Of a stretch of 64,000 nucleotides of DNA, positions 24,101 to 34,496 are shown piece after piece (the first letter of the stretch is position 1; every line of letters begins with the position of its first letter). The translations under genes and the position numbers were made by a program. This DNA comes from Nymphaea colorata (lineage: Eukaryota), in the NCBI RefSeq assembly GCF_008831285.2, contig NC_045138.2, positions 21,700,001-21,764,000 of the forward strand, read 5' to 3'. The notes beneath the pieces were generated by a model. That model saw only the letters and a list, made by a program, of their open reading frames with translations, had not been told where the DNA came from and did not search any database.

Positions 24101-26647
24101 GCTTATAGAATAAGCTAGCATAAGCAATGTTATCACTGGCGTAGCGTATCGCGTATCGGTCGGGCCGACCTATACGCCGTATCGTAACGTATCGTAACGT
24201 AACGTATCGTAAAATTAATTTTTAAATTTTAAAAATTAAAAAAAAAAATCCAAAAAATCATAAAAATTCCAAAAAAATCCGAAAAAACAAGTAAAAATCA
24301 GAAAAAATCAAGAAAAAAGTATTTAAAGGAACATTCATCATTCATGTATATGATTATGAAGTATGAACTATGAACTATGAAGTATGAACAACACATTCCA
24401 AAATAAGAAATCAGACATTCAAAATAACATAATAAGCAGCTGAAGAGAATTCGATTACATCACAATTCATAAGTTCAAAAGTGAAAACATATAGTTATCA
24501 ATCATGATTCATTCAAGTTTCAACAACAATCCTCGTCAATCGTCATTTCCATCATCATCTTCGTGATCATCTTAATTTTCTTCATTAAGTGCTTCTATCC
24601 CCTTTGTTGGAAATGGAATGTCACCAACATTCCATTGCTCTCCAGCCTCCCCTTCTTCAATAATCTCTGCTACTCCTTCAAGGTTCAAAAAATCAAGATC
24701 GTCCTCAAGGTCATCAAGTATTACATATTGGTGTTAGAAACCAAAAAACCCTCTTTCTCCAAGCTTCCCACCGTCCCGAGACTCCCCACAACAAGAAATA
24801 AAGCTTCTTCACCGGCAAATCTTGATGCAAATGGAGAAAATCTCTCCCTCCCACGTCTCTTGCAGTGTTTAGAAACAATAGAAGAGAGAGAGAGAGAGGA
24901 GCGTAGGTTTTAAAAAAAGACGCAAAAAAGGGGCCGTCGGGCCCCATTTTCATTTTAACCCCGTATCGTACGATACGGGGCTGTATCGCCCGTATCGTAC
25001 GATACGGGCGATACGCGTAAGATACGCACGCGTATCGTGCGTAATACCTGTATTGTATCGTTTTTGTTGATACGGACGATACGAATCGTACGATACGCGT
25101 CCGTGTCGTACGATACGGAAAACATTGAGCATAAGGACATATGCATTTGAATTAGAACATAAAATAATAACCACCAATTTTTATGGCCAAACCCACAAAG
25201 CACCAAGAGCACGCCCGACTCAAACGCAGCAGTTTATTTGCAGCATCCATGTAACAGCTTCTTTTACTGATTTTAATAAGTTCATTCAAGAATAAGTATA
25301 CAGCAAGACAAAATGAAGCTGGAAGTTGCCTTACCAAGCCGATCAAGAGCTGATGGAGGCATTATAACTACAAAAGCACCAAAAAGGAAAAGATATCAGC
25401 AATGAAATGTGAAAGTAGTGAGAAAAGAAAAGGAGTTGATAAAGAGAATAACTTACTTTTGTCACCACTTTCCAAGTGTGGCTGCATTAACAAGGATAGA
25501 CAAATGGTCAGATCAATAATTTAAAAAAAAAAAACTAATTATATTAGTACTAGATACAAGAAAATGAAAAGAACCAAATGGCACTTTCTATCTAGGGATT
25601 AAGTTGGTTTACAAGAAGCAAATAAACTCCATCAAGTTAGATATGCATGGGACTGCACCACTGAAACTGTTTTGAAACCTATGCAAGTTCAAGAACAACA
25701 TGTCCCTGGTACAGGAACTTCCAGATTCCATCTTCTCTTTCATGGAGAAAAGCACCTCTTAAGGTTAATGATCATGTTGGTCATCAGTCACCATAGTCAT
25801 CCTAGTGAATAATATGCATAAAAGTGCATGCCAATGAGCAACAACCTACAATATGTACATCATAAGTTCAGATTTATCTGTTCCATAAGCTATTTATTTG
25901 TATGGCCATGTTTCAGTTCCTGAATCTCGTTCTTCATCAAAAATTCTCATTATGAGATACTTCTTTGGCAGATGAATGCCTTTTGGCATTTTCTCTTCTC
26001 CATAAACATTTATACTAAGCATGCCAGGAAAACAACAGCCTATGTTACTGCAGTATGTGCATAAGAAAATGCCAACTACCTCCTCAACCTATTTATTCCT
26101 ACAGACCCACTCATTAACTTTGCAAGATTGGAAACTTAGATCATCTGCTTTCTTTCCTCTTTCAGTTCATTTCCCTCAAATCACTTTCTTAACGCCCAGA
26201 TACACACCAAAAGGTACACCAAACATTCCAATTTCCAAGTACTGTATCCATGAAGTGGAGCACCTAGCAGACACAAGAAGACATCCTTTCCTTGAACTAT
26301 TTATTCTCTCCTTTAGACACTTTTTTGTTACAAAACCTTTTAAGTGTATGCCAGTGTCATGTCTCCACCTAGACTCCCAAGCTGCGTTGTAAACCTCTAG
26401 CATATGATCAATAGCCATGTCATAATACAACTGTCCGGGGTGCAGTTAGTGAAGACCATCTCATTGAATCAGTGTTGCAGAGATTGAGAATTAGTTGCCA
26501 AACTATGCATTAATGTGGTAGGAAAGGACTAGCCTTTTGTGGGGAAGTTACTAGATCCAAAAGAAAACCAACTGCAACTAGTCAATGAAGAAGGTTGATT
26601 GTTTCTTCTTGGAAATTTTTTTGACCTTTTTCAATATGTTGAGAAGG

Positions 26648-26678
<31 letters not shown>

Positions 26679-28620
26679 CTCTCTCCCCCCCGCCCCCCAC
26701 CGCTTTTCTGTGTTTTAAGTTTTTTTTCCTGCCGAACAAGGTTCTTTCGGCATGTTTCAGTACTATGCTTCTGCCTCAGCACTTGCAATATTTTTTCCTT
26801 TTTTTTCCTAAAGATAAAAAGCATTTAGACCAGCTCAGGTAGGCTCATCCCAGTTAATCTTGAACAGTTGAACTACTTGTGAGTTGTGACTGACTTCTGA
26901 TGTTAACCACCTAGATTGACAAAGATACCAAATGAAGAGGAGTTTTATACTTCTAAGATTGGTAGAAGCAGTTTTTACCATCTACACAATCCAACAATAA
27001 TCAAATCCCTAGTTAACTCATTCTCTTTTATTTCAAAAATAATAATCTGGTCTTTGGCAGTGTCAGGTTATATGGCATTCACAAAATTTACTTAATTAAC
27101 AAAGGAAGAATTTGATGCACACGAATGATACCATGATTAATGAATCTATTGGCAACATGAACAGCCCAAGAATCACATAAAGATACAGTGAAAACTCAAA
27201 AAATGCTAAATCAGTTCACATCCGATTTTGCGAGGTCATGTCAGTTAGTGTATCTACAACATACAGCATGGCCAAAAGTACAAGGGAAAAGAGAGAGAGA
27301 GACCTTATCAATAAAAGATGCTGGATAACATCGATAAGTTTGCTCAAATGACATTCCATGGTAACCATAACCTTCAAAAAACTGCAACGACAAAACAAAA
27401 ATTAAGCCACTTACAAAGAAGAGAGCCTATCTGATTAAAGAAAGAAACTTATTTGTCACAAAAGGTGACATGGAATTTTACTAAAGAAGATGCCATGCTT
27501 CAGCAATACCTGCAAAAAATAATGTGACTACCAGCTACATAACATTGTATTCCACAAATAACGCCAACCATCATATTGCATAAAAAACAAGAACTTTGAT
27601 TCATTTGTATAGAAGGATTTCCAAGTAACCTTTCTCTCTCTCCAGCTTTCCTCACTCCTTTTCTTATTTATGTTATTATCAAAGTTGGCCTTTGACTAGG
27701 ACTCAGCAAGGTGTTGAATAAGCAAAACGGCTAGTTCTCTAATCATTTGACCTAGTCCAATGGCTATTTTTCTTTGGTATAAATGTTGAAGGAATTACTC
27801 TCGTTTGTAGTTCTATGCTTCACCAAGCATTCTTGGCGGCTAAAAAAGTCCTTAAAATCTTTAGTTGCGGACCATTTTTGCAGGTGAAATCCAAAGTTGA
27901 CTTTTCACAAATTTCACAGCATACATCAGGATAATGTACACGACGGTAATATGGCTCACTAGCATGGAAAGATAAGAAAAGGCAAATCAGTAAAAAGTGC
28001 TTAATCGTTTTTATTGTAGGAAGATCTGGCTGGTAGTCCTTCTTATTGGCCATTTCATCTAGTCCTATTTTGTCAACCACATACCAAAGTCAGTACGAAA
28101 CTATGTTCTATACAGTTATTCTCACGCTGCTCAGTTATTCATACATCCTTAACCCCATAAATTTACCCATGCAACAATGGGAATATATTGATCACATAAG
28201 TAACAAATAAGATGATCACATACTCCAATATTCGGGTTCATGGAACACTCGCAAAGTGTTCCAACTGCCAAACGACCCCTACGTATCTCTCTCAATATAT
28301 CAAGGGAATCACGATATAAAATCAAGAAGAAAGCAACTCTAACAAAGTTGCATAGACTTGAGAGCGGTATCCGTAGATCTAAGCTACAGATGGCTAATGT
28401 ATATCTACTAAATATGTCCCAGGACACAGAAATAATGGCCATCGAATGAGACAAAAATTTGAGCGCAGGCCAACCCAAATTGGGGAAAAATAAAACCACA
28501 TATGCAGATACCCAAAAATCCTCAAAATCAGAAGGCCGGAAATTTTGTATGGCAACCATGAAATCGGAACCCTAAAGGAGGAGTACAGAAGAGCAGAACT
28601 ATCTGTGAGTCTCTCACCAT
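18175..28620 (-). CDS. UFD1: Ubiquitin fusion degradation protein 1 (CDC48/p97 cofactor), 316 aa
   Basis: Coding exons 28620-28618 (ATG only), 27381-27304, 25481-25457, 25367-25335, 23428-23307, 23204-23074, 20693-20464, 18598-18360, 18264-18175. All GT-AG with consistent phases, total 951 nt. Peptides [88 protein letters not shown]. The ATG exon position is the least certain part. Confidence 0.93.
21740..22576 (-). mobile_element. Possible degenerate LTR-retrotransposon fragment (LTR plus PBS remnant) in a UFD1 intron
   Basis: Reverse strand starts TGTTAAGATATGCTGG at 22576, contains TATAAATA and ends near a PBS-like remnant (plus strand GCTGATACAATG, ~21747). No TSD confirmed. Confidence 0.3.
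24125..25127. mobile_element. Non-autonomous hAT element in a UFD1 intron
   Basis: TIRs CAATGTT ... AACATTG; perfect 8-bp TSD AGCATAAG at 24117-24124 and 25128-25135; dense CGTATCG/CGATACG subterminal repeats; short acidic coding-like remnant ([20 protein letters not shown]) on the minus strand. Confidence 0.9.
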
Positions 28621-29355
28621 CTTTTTTTCTTTCCGTGCTCGTCCAAACAGCCTCAAGGACGAAAAACCGAATATCTTCCAGAAAAGAACAAAAAGGCAAA
28701 GGATGCTTGTTCCTGCAGAAAACCTAAAGGATCAGAAGACGCAACCAAGATAGGCACCGATGGAGCCCCAACAACCAAAGATATTCATATATACTGTTGT
28801 TAGTGATTTTTTGACAATGGAAAGTCGAAGAGAGCTAGGGAAAAGCAAAACTAATTTCCTCAAAAATAAAAAATAAAAAAACTTGAAAAATTAAGAAACT
28901 GCAAACAATTAAAGAGGGTGCACAAATAAGAACTGATTAGAACAGATTCTCAAACAGCCCACTGCAAAGCTTTGCATCGGGGCTTTGCTCGTTCGCTTCA
29001 ATGCTCTCTTCATTAAGCCATAGGGGGGAAACTCCCCACCCTGCTTAGTGAGAAAAAGCACACACCTGAGAGTACCAACTCCAAGTGAGGCAGTAAGTGT
29101 TGTTTGTGATAGGTATATTCACTTTGGAAGGCAGAAGCTCCGGGTTCCACATGAAGGAAGGAAGGGGAGGGAGAGAAGGGGATCGAGAGAGAAAGGGAGG
29201 TGTCGAGAGCAAAAGAGAGATAAAGTAGGATACTTTGAGACTATCGCCGCTGCCCGCGACGGAGACGGTGGCCGGAGATGGACACCCTTCAACGCAGGCG
29301 CAGGCAGATCCTCCGGAGCAGACACAGGGAAGGTAGGGACGGAGAAGGGGATATG

Positions 29356-29364
29356 GTTATATAC
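29356..29364 (-). promoter_or_regulatory. Candidate TATA box of UFD1
   Basis: Reverse strand TATATAA just upstream of a CT-rich leader that ends in CTCAG|GTGTGT (donor at 29065). The next UTR exon starts after TTTTCTGCAG at 28712. Confidence 0.45.
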
Positions 29365-31165
29365 GCACGGATCTGGATTTGATGTTACAACCCGGAAAAG
29401 TGCTCGGACGTCCTTGGTTCGAGCTCCATTAGTTCGTCAACGAAGTCAGAGTTGGAGCCGAGCTTGCTCTAGCTCGAGCACAAATGCACCCTTTTAGTTA
29501 TGCGATGGTTTGATACATTTTATAAAGTCTTCTGGATCATACCTAGTTTTTTATTTTTACATTTTAAACGTTTAAATCAATCTAAAACATTTGAAATTAT
29601 CTTATAAATTTAAAAATCAAAAAATAACCAACGGACGATTATTATACAGTTTGGTACCAATAACAACATCTATATACAAAATTAGTCTCACTCATTTAAA
29701 TACGATAAACACAAACATTATTGGATGTGAATAAGAGGTACGATAGAAGATGAAAAGCAAATGCATGAGTATTTTTTTATTTATTTACAACTTCTATGTC
29801 AAAAAATGTAAATCAACTTAAAAATTATATTTTCTCTATTATGTAGATTGGATCTTATAAAAATTTGCAAATCAACAATCCAACTCTTTTACCTCATAAA
29901 CTTTTACTTGCATACATATGAAGGAAGGAATCGTTATATTATTTTATAAGCTTTTAACAAGAAGATTACACCCTTACGCTTGGTTTGATGAAAGAAAAAA
30001 AATCGTACATATAAGGCAGTGTCACTAGTATCAGCCTAAATCGGCCTGTTTGATTGGAATGAGCAGATTCAAGCACATCCGTTTTAACATTTTTTAATAT
30101 CTTAAGGATTTTTTTTTGTTTAAATATGTTTTTCAGAAAATGAATTTTTTATTGTTTTTAACTGATTCCCAATCCATTCAGATGAAAATTTTAAAATGAA
30201 ACGTCCTTAAAAAAGCAAAAGGAGAGGAAATTTGTATAATTAAAAAATTTGTCATTCAAGTCGGGAAGCAAACTCGGAAAGCAAAGAAAACAAAAGAAGT
30301 GGTTGGGCTATAGGGGCAAAGTTAGGATTTTTTTGTAGGAGAGGGCCAAACAGTTCATGGATCGGGTTAAAAAGAGCGACCGGTCAGGCCAAATTAAAAA
30401 ATTTAATTTTTTCAATATAAAAAAAAAAAAGATTTCTGCGCTCACGAGGACCATCGCCCAGGCAGCCCCCCGTTCGGCCACTTCAATTATCCGAGGTTAC
30501 GCTTATGCGTTTTCTATCTAGTTAGGTGTACCTACTTTCGAATATATTCAATACGTCACCGGACGTTCTCGTGTCCAAATTGGTGAAGGGCGTTTGTTTG
30601 GGCCCTCAACATAAAACAAGTAAACCATAAAACAAGAACTCCGGCGTTCCGCACAGCGACTTACCAAACAAACGGGATGCGCAAAGCGTTCACGAGACAG
30701 GGCTGTTCCGATTGCACGACAGTAACAAAACGAAAAAAATTTATCTAAGAAGCACATATGTACAAAATTTAAATTGAGACGGGAAAAATATATGAAGTAT
30801 TTGATAACTCTAGAAAATTTTATTTCAGTATGATCTTGAAGTGCATATATTTTGCTTGTAATATTATATTTGCGAAGACGTTTATTTTTCATATTGTGTT
30901 GTTGAAACCGGGGCCCAAGGAGTCAAGCATGACGATGCAGCCATGCAGGGTGACCTGTCCCCCATTGAAATCATAATCACTTAATCCTAAACTGGTCGAA
31001 TCGGGCCCGGCTGGGCTGACCCGGGCCCGACCCGGGCTAGGTTTTTCTCGACAACGACCTGACCCTGACCGACCCCAGGCCCATTTACGCGCTTGGTTTA
31101 CATATATTGGTAACTGTTGTCGACAACGTTCGAAGCTGAATGTTGGTAACAGAATGCCGTTGAGA

Positions 31166-31237
31166 GGGCGTTTGGTCTAGTGGTATGATTCTCGCTTCGG
31201 GTGCGAGAGGTCGCGAGTTCGATTCTCGCAACGCCCC
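31166..31237 (+). tRNA. tRNA-Pro, anticodon CGG
   Basis: GGGCGTT/AACGCCC acceptor stem, D arm TGGTCTAGTGGTATGA, anticodon arm CTCGC-TTCGGGT-GCGAG, T arm GCGAG-TTCGATT-CTCGC; 72 nt, no intron. Confidence 0.97.
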
Positions 31238-31246
31238 CATATCCTC

Positions 31247-31252
31247 TTTTTT
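31247..31252 (+). terminator. RNA polymerase III oligo-T terminator of tRNA-Pro
   Basis: Run of six T about 10 nt after the discriminator base. Confidence 0.8.
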
Positions 31253-31986
31253 ATATTTATCGCATTTTCTTCGTTCTTCTCTGAAATGAAAACGCAAATC
31301 TTAGAGTGGGGCACACAAAATCGGAGGCATCAAAGCCTTTGATTACTGATCTAAAATCGCACAAAAAAACCAAATGCGAGTGAAGCAAAACCCATGCACC
31401 AAATCAGATCCAAGATTCAAACCCGGGGTTGGAGAATGCTGTTGCTTTAAGCGTGAAGTGAAAGTCTTAACTACATTGGATCAGTTCTTGATTCTCTAAC
31501 AGATCCAAAATAGTGGTCCTGGATCTGAACCGTTTGCTTCCTATATATCTTTAGTTCAGAACCTCACGTGGAGTTACCCAAGAAAGGAATAAAGCGTTTG
31601 GGGACAAACAAAACAAAGCAGAGAAAAGTTGGTTCACATAGATTCGCTCTCATCTTTAATATCTAGTCGTACAATTCTTGCCCCTCTTTCTTGAAAAAGA
31701 ATTTGTATAAGGTTACTTCAGACGGTAGGAGTCATGTCTTACTTTGGTGCGTTAAATGATGGCGAGCACGACACTTGAGTTGAAGGATATACTAGGATAT
31801 GCCTCCAAACCCAAAGCAAACGATAACATTAAAAGCATGAGGGTATGACTTTAGAAGTTTTATTGAAAGGCAACTTCCCTAAGCAAACATTATATAAAAA
31901 AAACCCCTAATTAAACAAATTGACTTCTTCCAAATTTCATTCTTTGGTTCTATAAGAAGGTTAGCGTTTAAGAAATCTGGATACTT

Positions 31987-32503
31987 GCTGAGCGTTTACG
32001 GCCCACGAGATTTCATGAAATGTGGTAATCTTGTGGTCATAGCGTGATAGAGTCCCTTGAGGGGCGGAGGGAGGGGGAGGGCCATCTGGGCTATGGCCCC
32101 ACCCCAGCCAATTGAAAAAAAAAAGTACATTGAAAAAATTTAAAATTTTTAGTTGTGTCATGTATTGTTTGAATTCAAATTCAGTTTGACCATATCCAGA
32201 TCCAAATGTTAAACTCTTGCCCCTAAAAAAAATCTTAGCTCCGCTGAGCCTTTACGGCCCACGAGATTTCATGAAATGTGGTAATCTTGTGGTCATAGCG
32301 TGATAGAGTCCCTCGAGGGACGGAGGGAGGGGGAGGGCCATTTGGGCCATAGCCCCACCCAGCCAATTGAAAAAAAAAATTACATTGAAAAAATAAAAAA
32401 AATTTAGTTGTGTCATGTATTGTTTGAATTCAAATTCAGTTTGACCACATTCAGATCCAAAGGTTGAACTCTTGCCCTTAAAAAAAATCTTAGCTCCGCC
32501 CCT
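31987..32503 (+). repeat. 256-bp tandem duplication containing a ~190-bp MITE (AGGGGCGGAG...CTCCGCCCCT)
   Basis: GCTGAGC(G/C)TTTACGGCCCACGAG at 31987 and 32243. The second copy keeps the right TIR CTCCGCCCCTG; the first is clipped at the junction. Confidence 0.9.
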
Positions 32504-33403
32504 GGTCTCTTGGTAGAAGAAATGTTAATAAAATCTGTTTATGGAAAGATCATATAAAAAGTTGCATTTGCAGTAGAATCATTTTATATTTTGAAAACTA
32601 TGAATCCGGAAAGGAATTTTAGGCAACCCAAAAGATTTTGTTGAAAGAAGCGATAATTAAGCAAATAATTGTTTGCAACTTGGAACAAGAAAGTCTTAAT
32701 TAATCAAACGATAACAGTCGTTCAAAATTTGTAGGGTTTAGGATATAGAAAACTTACCCATGCAAACAACCGAAAAAAACTTTTTAAGATAATCTTTTAC
32801 TTATTTTTCGTTTAAGGTTTTAGATAATTGTTCGCTGTTAATCTTTCCTTTGCCTTTTCCTTTTTACTTGACATTTTTCTGATAACCACCTACCTTTATG
32901 AAAACGACCCAAAGAAACTTTAAGATAATAATACGGCAAGCCTTAAGATTTTATTTAATGTTTTCAACTTGGCAACTTCACATTCAATTTCTGTTTCCTG
33001 CTCACGACGCACATATAACGGCATCAATAAGTTGCAGACTTGTTAAATATTAGACTTTTAGACTGGGTTTCAGTTTTCACACTATTCATTTTAAATATTT
33101 TTCGCTTTTTTTTTTTTTTTACAATATGTCTTATAAGAGACGTAACATTTACATTCAAAGCATTATATGAATCAATAAAAACTGTCTTCTTTAGGTGTGC
33201 GCATAGGGTTTGATAACCAACGACTAGATATGTTCATGGTATCTCCTGAAACTAATCTGAGATGACAAACTAAATGAAAAACAAATAGATATCAACATTG
33301 TAGTGTCAATGCCTTAGAGAGATTTAGAGCGAGAGATGAGCAGCAAAGGAACCAAAGCTTGAGATGAGAAGCGAACGTACACAAACAACAGGATCGGAGA
33401 TGA

Positions 33404-33730
33404 GCAGGGATGTCAATATATCCGAAGACCAGATATCCGACCGAACTGTTCAAAAAAGATCGGATATATATATATATATATATAATTCAAATTGCGTTCA
33501 GATTTAAGAAATGACATTTGGATTAGGATTCAGATGCACATAAATATCTGATGAGATTCAGATAGGATTTATCTTTAAGCAAATGTCCTACATCTAAGGT
33601 TCTTATATTTTGAAAATTAGGCCAAATTAGGCTCAAAATTCAGATCAGATTCGGATATTAATGTGAAAATCTGATTGGATTGTAAGAATTCGGACTCAAA
33701 TATGACTTTCTTTGTTCATATCAAAATCGA
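33404..33730. mobile_element. hAT-type MITE fragment (AGGGATGTCAA family, GGATTCAGAT repeats)
   Basis: Starts CAGGGATGTCAATATATCCG; aligns by eye with 52773-53303. Confidence 0.6.
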
Positions 33731-33734
33731 ACAT

Positions 33735-33975
33735 GGGGTTTAGTGCCAAGCAAACTTGACTATAATATTATAGACATTAAGTGGATATCTAAAACAGAAT
33801 GGCACGCTGATGGGTCCATAGCTTGATACTTAGCTCGATTAGGAGCTAGGGGTTTTCTTCAAGGAACTGGTGTAGACTATACAAAAACATTCAGTTCCAC
33901 CGAGAAGCCGACCACCGTGCCGCATAAATGGCTGCTTACCAACTGGATTCTTTCTCAATGGTGTTCTTAGTGAAA
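33735..33975 (+). mobile_element. Ty1/Copia reverse transcriptase remnant
   Basis: Translates WGLVPSKLDYNIIDIKWISKTEWHADGSIA*YLARLGARGFLQGTGVDYTKTFSSTEKPTTV, matching the Copia RT pattern KW..K...DGSI.RYKARLVAKGF.Q..GIDY.ETFSPV.K.TTVR. Confidence 0.85.
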
Positions 33976-34406
33976 AGACTAAGTTAAACACCTAGTTGCA
34001 GAGGACAAAATGACAATTCCTTAGTAAGCTTGAATGTAGATTGAGAACCTAGTTTATTCGTTTATTTTCCAAATTTGTGAGTGGAAAAATTTTGAGGCCC
34101 ACACCACCTGAAGAAAGAACGGCAGAGTTATGTTTGAAGGCCAAGCCACTTCTGAAGATCGTGCCACTTTCAGGTGGATGCATCGGGCTGATTCCGTTAT
34201 ATATATATATATTGATCTCCCAAGATCAAAGCGCTAAGCTGAAACCTTTCTGTTGTTAGACTTTGTCTAATCATGACTGCCCGATGCAATGCACCAGGTG
34301 TATGTGATTAAACTTACTATATCTGATGCATGCATTGGGCCATATGCTGTTATAGGCTAGAAGATTTCTCAAACCAAGCCCGGCTGTATGGAGAAATCTA
34401 TAAATG

Positions 34407-34492
<86 letters not shown>
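34407..34492. repeat. Compound microsatellite (CT)n(TA)n(GA)n
   Basis: Read directly from the sequence. Confidence 0.95.

Positions 34493-34496
<4 letters not shown>

Noticed and set aside
30420..30545. Possible Pol III ncRNA on the minus strand ending in a T run
   Set aside because: No USE or A/B boxes and no match to remembered snRNA, MRP, 7SL or telomerase RNA motifs; the GC-rich part fits the right end of a MITE (~30297-30483).
30590..30674. 11-bp inverted repeat CGTTTGTTTGG/CCAAACAAACG
   Set aside because: Too short and too widely spaced for a miRNA hairpin; more like a MITE relic.
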